In this document: positions 40,353-50,422 of the stretch, piece after piece
Layout of the letters: each line of letters opens with the position of its first letter
How positions within the stretch are numbered: the first letter of the stretch is position 1
IMG/VR virus record: IMGVR_UViG_3300045391_003842
Coordinates: 1 to 64,000 of that record
Source of the DNA: a virus
Strand: one strand, 5' to 3'
DNA length: 64,000 nucleotides
Notes under the pieces: generated by a model
Database searches by the model: none
Told to the model about the DNA's origin: nothing
What the model saw: only the letters and a program-made list of their open reading frames with translations
Made by a program: the position numbers and the translations under genes

Positions 40353-40868
40353 CTATTTGCCCTTGGCGATGCGCTGGAGCGCCGCATACGCCGTGCCATC
40401 CCAGAACAACCCGCCGATCTTCGGGTTCTCATGCGCCTGCACGCCCGGCAAAGGCTCACCCATGAAAACCGCATGGCTCCACAAGGTGTAAATCATGGAA
40501 CGAGCGCAGTCGTTACGGGCGTTTCCCGTCAAGCGCTCGGCGACTATTTGGTCCAGGGTCTTTTGCGCCGCATCCCGCAGGCGTTGCGCGTTGGTCGGCG
40601 CGGTCGGCTCAAACTCATGGGCCACCTGCCCAGGGGGCAAGAGGTGCACAGCGTCAGGGTCTTTGTCCGAGTCGACGTGATCCATGATCACAACCGAGAC
40701 GCCAGTTTCCGCGCTATGGTCCAGGAACACTTCAGATTGGCCCACGTAGAAGCTGATGAAACTCTCGCTCTGAACCACGTGGACAGGGATGGCGCTCGCC
40801 TTATCCAAAGGGTTCTGCCATGTGGGCAGGCTCAGGGTGGCGATGAGTGTACCGGCGATGGATGCCAT
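40353..40868 (-). CDS. Hypothetical protein
   Basis: 171-aa ORF after AAGGACTC RBS. Confidence 0.6.
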   Translation of the reverse strand: MASIAGTLIATLSLPTWQNPLDKASAIPVHVVQSESFISFYVGQSEVFLDHSAETGVSVVIMDHVDSDKDPDAVHLLPPGQVAHEFEPTAPTNAQRLRDAAQKTLDQIVAERLTGNARNDCARSMIYTLWSHAVFMGEPLPGVQAHENPKIGGLFWDGTAYAALQRIAKGK

Positions 40869-41103
40869 GGATAGAGTCCTTGCTGTGTGAGGTGAAACGA
40901 AGGCGCCGATCAGTCCTCGAAGTCGGTTGCGCCGACCACGTCGCCGTGCCTGTTCAGCAACGGTTCGTAGACGTGAAACCCGCTGCCGTCGTATTCATCA
41001 GCCAGTTCCCGCAGGACACGGCAAACGTCTTTGGTGCCGATATCGTCCGCGATGTCTTTGTCAACATTCATGCGGATAGTGATGCAGACCATGGCCATGT
41101 CGG

Positions 41104-41164
41104 AGTCCTTTTCGTTCTTGGTTGATGGTTTGGCACTTATACGTGACAAACTTTAAGCTGTCAA
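41104..41164 (-). promoter_or_regulatory. Repeated promoter/operator/RBS unit
   Basis: TTGACA-gcttaaagtttgtcacg-TATAAG-tgcca, ACGAAAAGGACTC RBS. Confidence 0.9.
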
Positions 41165-41553
41165 CCAGTCTTTAGCAAAACCCCTTCACGTGCATGTGGC
41201 GGCTCGTATTCAACGCGCTTCCAGGTGGACACCTCGGACTCTCCCGTCAGCATCAGGCACACCGCGACGTCCACGATCCCGCGCTGGTTGGAGATGTCGG
41301 AATGGAATGCCAGTCCAGCCGCATTGATGCAGGAGACCAGATCGCGCATGACACGGCGCGGAAAGAAGCCGATATGGATGGGGTAATAGACGTTGCGGCC
41401 GTCCGCGTCCGTGGCGTGCACATGCAGGTTGATGCGCACCTTGCCCCTGACCTTGGCGTCTAGCATCCCATCCGTAACGATATCTGACATGGCTCGAGTC
41501 CTCTCAGGTTGTCTGTTTGTCGAAAGTCTAGTGGTAGACTGTGGAATTTGGAA

Positions 41554-42240
41554 TCAAAAGACCAGAGAGAGTTGCCTGGATTCCCGTTCTGTTTTCTCAC
41601 GCTGTCGTGCACGCCGTGCGATGCCGGCCTTGATTGCCTCATGGCGACGCCTGGATTTGTCCAGCCGCCTCCGTATCCGGATTTGGGTCACCGCTTCCTT
41701 GCGGCGCGCTTCGGCATTGGCCCGCCATTCGGGTGTCGTGTGCCGGGTGCAGCGCCATGGCGTGAGCGTCGGGATCAGCTTGATGACGGGTTCAATCTCG
41801 GGACCATCCGTCCAGGTGCAGGACGCCCGACCGGCCTTGACGCTGACGGTAAACGCAACGTCGGGGAAGGCCTCCGTCAGCAAGGCCAGATAGCGCTTGC
41901 GGTCCGCGGCAGCCTCTTGCCGCTTGGCGATGCCGTCAGCCTTCGCAGCGGCCCGTTTGGCAGGCTCAGCGGCGCGGCGTGCGGCTTCCTTGATGTCCCA
42001 TTCGCGTAGCATCTCATCCAACTCAGCGCGTGTGGGCTCGCGGTGGAAATGGTACGGGACGAAATGGCCCTGGTATGGATTGCCAGCGGCCGTGCGCACG
42101 TCCAGCGGCGCCGGGCCGCCAATCCAGGACACGCAATGCGCCCGCATCCGACCGCGCCCGGCTTGGCCATAGCTGAATTCGATGTCGGGATACGTCTCGG
42201 CGAGACGCTGCTTGACATCGCGTATCGTGTGCTTGCTCAT
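41554..42240 (-). CDS. Tandem LPD29-like (large polyvalent protein domain) protein
   Basis: Two copies of L...[FY]P.[IV].F[ST]...[VC].W..GP (LAETYPDIEFS..VSWIGGP; LTEAFPDVAFT..CTWTDGP). Confidence 0.6.
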   Translation of the reverse strand: MSKHTIRDVKQRLAETYPDIEFSYGQAGRGRMRAHCVSWIGGPAPLDVRTAAGNPYQGHFVPYHFHREPTRAELDEMLREWDIKEAARRAAEPAKRAAAKADGIAKRQEAAADRKRYLALLTEAFPDVAFTVSVKAGRASCTWTDGPEIEPVIKLIPTLTPWRCTRHTTPEWRANAEARRKEAVTQIRIRRRLDKSRRRHEAIKAGIARRARQREKTERESRQLSLVF

Positions 42241-42410
42241 GCTGCCAAATCCACGGCTCGAGTCTCGCCCTGCGTGCTGAACAGCACGATCTTGCCCGCC
42301 CAATCCAGCGCCAGGGTCCAGATGCGCCGGTTGGCGTCAAAGATGATGTCGCATGACACCGTGAAACCAGTGGGCAGAAGATAGCCTCGGAATTCGGTGC
42401 GCATGGCCAG

Positions 42411-42470
42411 GAGTCCTTTCGTGCGGTGTTCTTATGTGTCACTTATGCATGACAAACTTTAAGCTGTCAA
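42411..42470 (-). promoter_or_regulatory. Repeated promoter/operator/RBS unit
   Basis: TTGACA-gcttaaagtttgtcatg-CATAAG-tgaca, ACGAAAGGACTC RBS. Confidence 0.88.
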
Positions 42471-43070
42471 CACCTATCGTGCACGTTCAATGCGTTCGAT
42501 CGTCAGGCACCATGCCTTGCTGGACGGCTCAAAGCTTTGCCGTTTGTAGCCATGGCCATGGCACATGCGGACAAACTCGCGGTTTAGCTCAAACAGCATG
42601 GGCCAATGCTTACGCTGCGCCCCCTTGACGTTCAGTCTCGCCACGGTGATCTGGCTTTCCACCGCACGCATCGCGGCCGTGCGGGTTGGCTTGGTCGCCT
42701 CCCAGCGCTGATCAGGCTCGTTGTTCGGACCGATAACGACAGTTACGGACACCTTCCAGACAGGTGGCTTGCGCTTCAGGGCCATGGCTCAGTCCTCCAA
42801 CGATTTGGCTTTGGCCACAGCCATGTCGTGCCAGGAATGCCGCTCCAGATTGGTGATAATCTCCACCATGATGGCTGACGCTGTACTATCTGCGGTGTGG
42901 TGGTCGCCGATAAACCGGCGCCGTTTCATCTCACGCACGATCTTGCCGCGCTCGGCCCGCTCCGCCTTGCGCGTGAGCACGTTGCAAGTGCTATTGGCGA
43001 AGAACGAACGCGCCAGATAGGCCGCTGGAATGGCGCGCAATGGGTTGGTGCTCTTGGTCATGGCTCACTC

Positions 43071-43337
43071 CTACTGCAACGTTTCTTCGCGGATGCAAAC
43101 ATAGCAATTCGCGTCGCCGAAGGATTCCGGAACCGACTCCAGCGCCGCTTCCCACGTATCCGCCGTGGCCGGCGTGTAGTCCTCTTCCCGAATCTCGCAA
43201 AAATCTTTCAGGATGAGGTTTGTTAATTCCACTGCCTCAGCAACGGCCCGATCCTTGTCCGTGTACAGACGCATGACCAGACCTGGAACGCTGTAATGTT
43301 CGGCCATAACGATATGGATTGTCTGCGGCGTGCTCAT
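43071..43337 (-). CDS. Hypothetical protein, stand-alone version of the C-terminal domain of 36996-37775
   Basis: Shared motif block; GGGAGA RBS. Confidence 0.6.
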   Translation of the reverse strand: MSTPQTIHIVMAEHYSVPGLVMRLYTDKDRAVAEAVELTNLILKDFCEIREEDYTPATADTWEAALESVPESFGDANCYVCIREETLQ

Positions 43338-44363
43338 GGCTGATTCTCCCTAGTCTTGTGTGGCAAGGTACGCGGTGATGACAGGGTGCGGCGTGCCATC
43401 CTCGGCGGGCGGGTAGTCGCAGCGGGCAAACCAGTTGCCCATGAACGGCACGGCCGTATGGTGGCAGGCGTCGCCGCCGCATTCCTCGCAGAACTCGAAT
43501 TCAAAGGTCTCTGCCAGCCATTGCGAGGCTGGAGTCGTGAGGTTGCTTGCCATGGTTCAGTCCTCCGTCGATGGCCTGATGTTGCGGCCCCTGGCATCGG
43601 TCAGGGCAGCGCCGTACCCCCTCGGCAGGCCAGTGCGCAGGGTGGTAAGCAGTTTGAGCATGGACTCGAGCGATACCCCTTCCTTGAACTCCAGGGCCAG
43701 ATGCAGGTGCGCCTTGTTACCCTCGAATCGGTACACGCGCAGGTTGCAGGGGTATTGAGTGTCGGTGCCTTTCGGCGCGTTCTTGGCCATTATTCACCCT
43801 CCCGAAAGACCGTCCCGTGCAGATCGCCGAGAGACTGCACCATGGCGATGCAATCCGCATCCCTATGGTTCATCTCCGCCGCGATGCGGGCCGCCTCGCG
43901 CTTGGTACGCCAGCCGCGCTGGACCCGGACGTTGTAATGAGGATGCCGGCGCATTGGGACGTCAGGTTGTGCCGTCCGCATGGTGTAGCGGCCGTTGTAC
44001 GCCGGGTTGGTCCCGAACACATACCAGCCAGGGCCATAGCCAGGATCACGCCGCGCGAAGTGTTGGGTGAAATGGCCACCACGGAACCCGGTCAACTGGA
44101 TGATGACGGGCTGATCGCAGATGGTGGCGTTGATGCGCTCTTGCGCCATTAGGACGCACTCCCCTTGGCCGCGCAATGCTTGCAGAGATAGGTTTGCAAA
44201 CGGCCGCCCGTGTAACTGTCAGCCGCTTTGGCGTCCTCGAAATAGTTGAAAGGTGTGACGGTGAGGCCGCAGACAGTATCGGCGCTGCGGAACGCCTTGG
44301 CCCGGTCAAATACGCCGGCCATCTTGTGGAACTTGCCGCCGTTCACTGAGATAAGCATCCGAT

Positions 44364-44460
44364 GAGTCCTTTCGTGGTTGCTGTCGTTGTTGATGTCACT
44401 TCTATATGACACGACAGCTTAACGCAAGGACTCTTTTTACATTGTCACCTATACGTGACA
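44364..44460 (-). promoter_or_regulatory. Variant promoter unit with two operator palindromes
   Basis: TGTCA-N8-TGACA at 44394-44411 and 44443-44460, TTGCGT at the -35 position, ACGAAAGGACTC RBS. Confidence 0.7.
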
Positions 44461-45152
44461 GGATACTTTGACGTTATCGCGCAGGATGCAGGGCGATTGC
44501 CAGGGCAGGGCGAGAATGCCGGTCGCCAGGGCGCGTAGCTCCGCCGTGAAGTCGGCTATGGGCATGCGTGGCGTCATGGGTGGCTGTGTCTCACGCAGTA
44601 GGGTGGAGAGGCTGGCCCAGAGCGCCAACAGGTGGTCTGCCATCGATAGCGCCTGCGATGGGAACTCGACGTACGACTCCGCATGCAGCCAATCCATGAG
44701 CGCGCTGCGTCTGAGACGGGCGGTGATCAGCGCCGGCTCGTTGCCCAGGAATTGGAACATCAGGTTGATGTCGGAGGCCACGGTGCGCAGCGCGCCGGTC
44801 ATGTCGTTCTGCGTGAGACTGGCGGGTGCCAGGGACAGACGGAAGAACCACAGCGTGAGCGCACCATCCACGGTGAGCGTGAAGCGGTATTGGTGCAGGC
44901 CCTTCTGCGTCGGGCTGTCGGTGATCGGCCGGGCGCAGCCTGCCAGGAGCGTGAGGCGCAACAACCGATGCGGCAGGGGCAGCGTGCAATCCAGCCGGCC
45001 GGGAATGGGCTGGGACGCCGTAGGCACACATGCGTTGGGGCTGGAACTGATTAAGGGGTTGGGGAGTGTCATGTCTATCTCTCTGGCGGCTGATTGGGCT
45101 TTTAGTGCAGGGCCATCATAACGTGTGGGATGTCATGCGATGGTGACGTTTG

Positions 45153-45466
45153 TGTGATATATCGGTAAAGTCACGCGTTGAAATGTTTAGTTATGCCATT
45201 TTTTGGCGGTATCTCTAGGGTTGTGTTGTGGCATAGACGATTCGATAGATAATTCTGCTATTGTCCGTCCTATGCATTATGAAGATATGATATAAGTGTT
45301 ATCGTTGCATATAAGGCTAGATATAACGGCTTCACGCTCGACATGGAGCCTTAATGGGGAGATTATTTAATTGGCTTGACTTTACCACCAAAAAACAAGG
45401 ATTCAGGCCTGTTTTAGGGGTTATTCTCATGGTTCGACGCGTGACTTGACCGATCATATTATCACA
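45153..45466. repeat. Nested long-range imperfect inverted repeats in non-coding DNA
   Basis: 45153-45182 pairs with 45433-45466; 45199-45211 pairs with 45383-45395 (12/13). Confidence 0.75.
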
Positions 45467-45622
45467 GTTTTTGTTTTATTTCTGTTGACATGGTCTAAAT
45501 TGTTAGGCACATTATGGAATCACGGTAATGATTGACTGGTTTACGAGGCTTAAAGTATGATCGCAGATGCGTCTAGTCCGCAAAACCATGGTCCGAGGTG
45601 TAGTTTGTAATGAGTTTCATAA

Positions 45623-46240
45623 ATGACACGATTTAATTGGGATAATTTCCCGCCTGGAGCCACGCGCACTTTTCATAATTGCAGTCGTGGTTCTGCGATA
45701 TCCAGCTTCCGTAAGTTTTGCGAGGTGCGCGGCCCGGACTGGAGAACCGCACAGATCAAAACGCGGACCGAAAACCCATTGCAGCGCAAGGGGTGGTATG
45801 GATTCGTTCACTGCACGCGCGTTGTGGCTGGCATGGATGCCAGTACGGATATCATAAAAGAGCACATGGTTGATCCTAAGATGGTCCCGTGCCATGTGCG
45901 CAAACGCGGCTTCAGTCACGATAAAATGGAACTGATCAAAGCCTATGGCAAAATCCACGTCCTTGATCTGCGTTTGCTACCGGAAGATACGATAGCCTAC
46001 CTATGGAAGACCCGGAACCAAAACGCGCGGGTTAGTCGGGTGCGCTGGGAGTTCATGGAGATAGGCGAAAGCGTGGCGGTCACCATGTCACCATCCATCT
46101 TATCGAAGCTGATACCCAACACGCTTATCGGAAAGATGATGTTCCTGCGTTTTCATATCAGGCGGTGCTCCACGCCACTGTCTGAAGCGCATGGAAACGG
46201 TGCCAATAAGCGATGGTATATGGTCACCCGTGTTGAATAG
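45623..46240 (+). CDS. Hypothetical protein
   Basis: 205-aa ORF with TTGACT-N18-TATGAT upstream (45532-45561) and a terminator downstream. Confidence 0.6.
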   Translation: MTRFNWDNFPPGATRTFHNCSRGSAISSFRKFCEVRGPDWRTAQIKTRTENPLQRKGWYGFVHCTRVVAGMDASTDIIKEHMVDPKMVPCHVRKRGFSHDKMELIKAYGKIHVLDLRLLPEDTIAYLWKTRNQNARVSRVRWEFMEIGESVAVTMSPSILSKLIPNTLIGKMMFLRFHIRRCSTPLSEAHGNGANKRWYMVTRVE

Positions 46241-46264
46241 AACGAACCGTTTTGTATGACATGG

Positions 46265-46298
46265 GAGGGTGCCACCCTTTGCGGTAGCACCCTCTTTT
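46265..46298 (+). terminator. Probable intrinsic terminator
   Basis: GAGGGTGC...GCACCCTC stem followed by TTTT. Confidence 0.65.
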
Positions 46299-46372
46299 CG
46301 GGTAAGGTTGAAAAATGCGGAAATGATCGAAGCGAACCGCTTTGATCGGAACTTTACTTCGGAGCGGAAGCG

Positions 46373-46876
46373 ATGGGAGCGGACACGCCTAGCTTGGTCC
46401 AGGCGCGGGCAGACTGGAGAAGCGATGAGAAGCGTACGGCGCGTGCGGCCGTGTCAGCGAAAACCACGATGATGGTCCCGCCCATGGTGCTCTTGGAAGC
46501 GGAGCGCATGGCGTCGCAGATGATGACGATAGATCAGATCGGCGCGGCGCTGGGGTTTCCCTTGGATGTCTGGGGAGCGATGCTGTACCACACGACAGAG
46601 ATTGCCGATGCGGTGCGACGCGGCAAAGCGCGCGGGATCGATATCGCTACCCGCGCCATGGTCAAGAACGTGGAAGCAGGGGATTCCAGCATGGTCAAGT
46701 TTATGCTGGAGCGCAGCGCGCCGCAGTTCGCCAAGCAGGATGGACCCGCCGTCGTGATCCATACCGACAACCCGCTCCAGATCGATGCCGGGCGGCTTCA
46801 GGAACGCATCCGGGAGCAACAGAAGCTGATTGAAGGAAAGGCGGAGCCGGTTGCGGATCCACCATCCCAGATCTGA
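46373..46876 (+). CDS. Probable terminase small subunit
   Basis: HTH (MTIDQIGAALG), EIADAVRRGKARG, A......AGD.SM.KF.L helical pattern. Confidence 0.6.
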   Translation: MGADTPSLVQARADWRSDEKRTARAAVSAKTTMMVPPMVLLEAERMASQMMTIDQIGAALGFPLDVWGAMLYHTTEIADAVRRGKARGIDIATRAMVKNVEAGDSSMVKFMLERSAPQFAKQDGPAVVIHTDNPLQIDAGRLQERIREQQKLIEGKAEPVADPPSQI

Positions 46877-47127
46877 CCTAAGCCGGTTTGTGGCATTGCG
46901 TGCATGAGCCGCCATAGATCGGCGTCCAACACCATGGGCTTGCCTGTCGCCAATGCCAATGCGGTGCGCCGCGCGGCATGACCACATGAGCGGTAGACGT
47001 TGGCTCCCATGGGATGGCGTCCTGTGCGCACGCGTCGCAGTAGATGACGCGTCCCGTAGCCGGCGCGCGATGTCCGTTGAAATAGGCCATGCCTCGAGTC
47101 CCTCTATGCTTGCTTGTGGTGAATGGA

Positions 47128-47595
47128 TTAGCGGCGGATCACAGTCACAGACGTGAACTCTTCTCGCGCACTGACCGGCGCACCACCCATGGATCGCGTG
47201 TTGTGGACGCGAAGATGGCACGGCATCCAACCGGTTGACTTGCCCACGTTGAATCGCTCTGTCGTGCCGTCCGGATGCGTCACCATGACGCGTGCGCCTT
47301 CCAAGCCCATAAGCTTCGGGTGCAACTCCATAGGGCAGCGTACGCGCTTCTCAGCGGCATGCCGTGCGCCCTCGGCCATGTTGCGCCGGTACTGCGCGTA
47401 GGACTCGAGCGTGCCACGCTCTGCCGTGTTGCGAAGGTCAAGCCGATTGAGCCAGACAGCTACCGCGTTGGTCCGCTGTATGGTGACGTCGAAACCAAGA
47501 CAGGAATAGCCATTGCCTTCCTTGATAGCGAATAGCTCCTGTTCCGTGTTGACTGTCACGGGGTTGTCTTTGGTCGGCACTGTGGTGGCAGGCAT
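47128..47595 (-). CDS. Phage hypothetical protein
   Basis: L.GLEG.RV.V...DG...RF.VGKSTGW.P.HL; ATG after AAGGACTC RBS. Confidence 0.65.
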   Translation of the reverse strand: MPATTVPTKDNPVTVNTEQELFAIKEGNGYSCLGFDVTIQRTNAVAVWLNRLDLRNTAERGTLESYAQYRRNMAEGARHAAEKRVRCPMELHPKLMGLEGARVMVTHPDGTTERFNVGKSTGWMPCHLRVHNTRSMGGAPVSAREEFTSVTVIRR

Positions 47596-48099
47596 GATCT
47601 GGAGTCCTTGTGTCTGGGGCTGTGGTACGCGTGTAGCTGAAGGTTGGCAGAGCGGGTTGACGTAGAGGCTAAGACACATCTTCTCCGTCAATCTCTACCA
47701 AATCAGCATCGCCATCCTGACTTGCCTCCCCAGTTACAGAACCGCCGTTTTCGTCGGAGTCGAAATTGGCGTCAGCACAGTCAAAGATTTTGTTCAGCTT
47801 CGCACGGGCATCCGCTTCTGTCTCGGCCTTGATGCGGATAGCAGCGAATAGTTTCACATCAAACAGATATTCATGCATGGTTGTGGTCCCTTGGTTTGGG
47901 TTGTGGGTTGTCTGGGAAGGCTAGGCGTTAGCCGGTTGACTGTTCATGTGGCCAGTGTCCAGCCACGCTTTAAGCCAGCCATCAGCCCATAGGCGCGCCA
48001 CATAGGTGTTAGGCGTTCCGGGGTTGTCCGATAGGGATTTGTTGGCTTGGTAGTCCAGCCTGCCCCAACGTGGCATGGTCAAAGCCGCTCTGGCGTATG

Positions 48100-48525
48100 T
48101 CATTGGTCGGAGTCCTCAATCGCGTCACCATCGGAATCATCTGGCGCGTAAGCACACTCAATAGGCTGGTTTGTGGCGCAGCATATCATGTCGGAGTCTT
48201 CGTAATTTATATCGCACGATACTATGCGCCACCCATCGTTAGCCTTAGTCGCTACGGATTGTATGATCTGTCGCAGGTTGGCTATGGCACCGTCAAAAGA
48301 CATGGTGTCGTTATCATCTGTTAGGAGGTACAGTGGATAGCAACCTAAGTCCGTGTAATTGCCACTACGCAAGGTCGCTTTGAGTTCGTGTACCGTGTCA
48401 ATTTCCGCATGGGTGTAGCGGTATTGCTTGCGGAGCGGCGGAAATTTGGACCAATTGGCGACTCGCGTATCGAACAAATCGCCATTGGACGTAATGAACA
48501 GATGGGTGGGCAAGGGACGGGACAT
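48100..48525 (-). CDS. Phage hypothetical protein
   Basis: G.YPLY....D, GWR....IN.ED....C......I..AY; AAGGA RBS. Confidence 0.65.
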   Translation of the reverse strand: MSRPLPTHLFITSNGDLFDTRVANWSKFPPLRKQYRYTHAEIDTVHELKATLRSGNYTDLGCYPLYLLTDDNDTMSFDGAIANLRQIIQSVATKANDGWRIVSCDINYEDSDMICCATNQPIECAYAPDDSDGDAIEDSDQ

Positions 48526-48769
48526 GACGCGAATCCTTTGGTCTTGGGTTGATAGGGATAGCCAAGCCTTACGCAAGGCGGAGCGTGGATTGTGTGGGCT
48601 TTAGGGTGCTCCGCCTAACGTCAGTATTGGTACGGGCTGGAGGTGGCTACCATCGATAGCCGTTGCGTCGATTGTGCTTGATGGTAGCTACAACGTCGGG
48701 GCCGAATGCGATGATAGCCGGTACCACAACGGGCAGCATGTATAGCAGGAATATCAGAAACGTCATGAC

Positions 48770-49345
48770 TTAGGCCTCTACCTCGCGCCACCCGTTGGGG
48801 ATGTCTTGTGTGGTGGATACAACGTCCGTCACGGTCATGTCGTACCGATTGTAAGGAACACGGGCATAGGAGTCGATCTTGACTCCGTTCACCTCAACCC
48901 ATGGCGACAACAGGAAATTCCAGCCAAAGGGATGATACCGCGCGAATTCGGAGTCGGGGCTGGGAGGTGATTGCGGCTTGCGTCCCTTGTGCGCCGGGTA
49001 ATAGCTGGCCAAAAACCAATCCCGCGCGTCCTGCTCACTGGCTGGCTTGTGCGGCATGACCATGCGGAACGCCACGTTGCCACGGCGGTTTACGGCGGGT
49101 ATCGGTCCGGCGCAATAGATCATTTCGTTTGTAGCGATACGTTCGCCACGGGCATAGGCTTGCGTTCCCGGATCGATAGGGGTTTTCGTCACGTAGCGTG
49201 CGGCGGGATAGTGGCCACCTCGAATGATGACGGTGCATGGCGTGGCTTCTGTCACGTGGGGCAAGGTCAGAAGATACGCGACTATATCCTGGGGAGGTGT
49301 CATCAAGCCTTTGTTGGGGATGGTTTGTGAGGTGGCTACGGTCAT
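48770..49345 (-). CDS. Hypothetical protein
   Basis: ORF after AAGGACTC RBS. Confidence 0.55.
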   Translation of the reverse strand: MTVATSQTIPNKGLMTPPQDIVAYLLTLPHVTEATPCTVIIRGGHYPAARYVTKTPIDPGTQAYARGERIATNEMIYCAGPIPAVNRRGNVAFRMVMPHKPASEQDARDWFLASYYPAHKGRKPQSPPSPDSEFARYHPFGWNFLLSPWVEVNGVKIDSYARVPYNRYDMTVTDVVSTTQDIPNGWREVEA

Positions 49346-49444
49346 GGTCCGAGTCCTTTGGTTGTGTTTGATACTGCTATCCCAAACCATGGCGCACCAT
49401 GGCTTGAGAAAGCAGGGGAGGGTTTGCGCCTCCCCACGCTTAGG

Positions 49445-50422
49445 CTAGGCTTGTGCGTAGTCTAGCGCCATGTCGCGCGCCTTGTTCTTTAGCTCATCCC
49501 CACGTCCGAACATGGTATTATTGAACCGATTGACGTCCGTTGTCGCGGCCGTTCCCATGGCATGGTCGGCGTACTCCGTGACAGCATTCAGCCAGCCCCA
49601 TACGGTGCCACGGACTCCGTCAAGATCAGAACCAAGCCCCTTGCCCATGAACCGTTCCAGAATGCCAGGGGTTGACTTGTCGTTAGCCGCTTCGCCTAAA
49701 AGCTTTTCGGTCATGGTTTCTGCCATATCGCCAGACAGACGGGTTTCGCCGAGGTGGCGCATTTGATCCATGAACGCGGTAAAGGTCTTAGGCGCAACGC
49801 CAAGCTTGTCCTGTATCTTGGCGATGTCAAACTTACTGCGATGGCTGATTGATACCGTGCCATCCTTGTGCTTCTCAGACAGCGCCATGGCCAGCGTGTT
49901 GGCGCATACGATCCGGGTTGACGTGTGCTTGGCAACCGTGGCCAGGGAACCATCTGCGGACGTGATAAGGCTGAGATACCCGCGCACCAAATCCCGATTG
50001 TCCAACACGGCTTGTTCGCCGATCTTGGCGCATACCAGATAACGCTTGCCACCTCCAAGAGACATCATGGTGGATATTTCCAGCCCGATGCCGCGCAATA
50101 GGTTGTCAAAGAAACCGATTATTTCAGCCGGCTGTACGATCTTGTACTTGTCAGACACAATCCCCAGATCAGCGCCGGTATCACTGCGATGCAGAACGCG
50201 CTTGTCGTCAATCGTCATGACTCGGCCTTCCGGCTGGCCAGCTACCTTGGCGCGATACACCACCCGAGAGGCTTCCACGCGCCAATCCAGACCCGCCGCT
50301 TTCTCCCATTCCGTGAGGCTTGCGCCGGCCGTCATGATCTGGCCAAGGCCGTGCCAAGGCTTATCGCCGATATAGGCCATTTCCACGGTACCATCGTTAC
50401 GCACGGTAAGGTCATGAGACAT
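49445..50422 (-). CDS. DUF932 (DUF945-like) phage/plasmid protein
   Basis: PWHGLG, AGLDW.V, LG.VS..Y..VQP, L.GG.R, DGS, R.VC.NTL, GT.WG..NAVTEY.DH, FG.G..LK. Confidence 0.9.
   Translation of the reverse strand: MSHDLTVRNDGTVEMAYIGDKPWHGLGQIMTAGASLTEWEKAAGLDWRVEASRVVYRAKVAGQPEGRVMTIDDKRVLHRSDTGADLGIVSDKYKIVQPAEIIGFFDNLLRGIGLEISTMMSLGGGKRYLVCAKIGEQAVLDNRDLVRGYLSLITSADGSLATVAKHTSTRIVCANTLAMALSEKHKDGTVSISHRSKFDIAKIQDKLGVAPKTFTAFMDQMRHLGETRLSGDMAETMTEKLLGEAANDKSTPGILERFMGKGLGSDLDGVRGTVWGWLNAVTEYADHAMGTAATTDVNRFNNTMFGRGDELKNKARDMALDYAQA

Noticed and set aside
34598-42470. Repeats as a CRISPR array or integron attC sites
   Set aside because: Spacing is 1-2.6 kb, the repeats are promoter/RBS sequences, there is no attC-type structure and no integrase in the window
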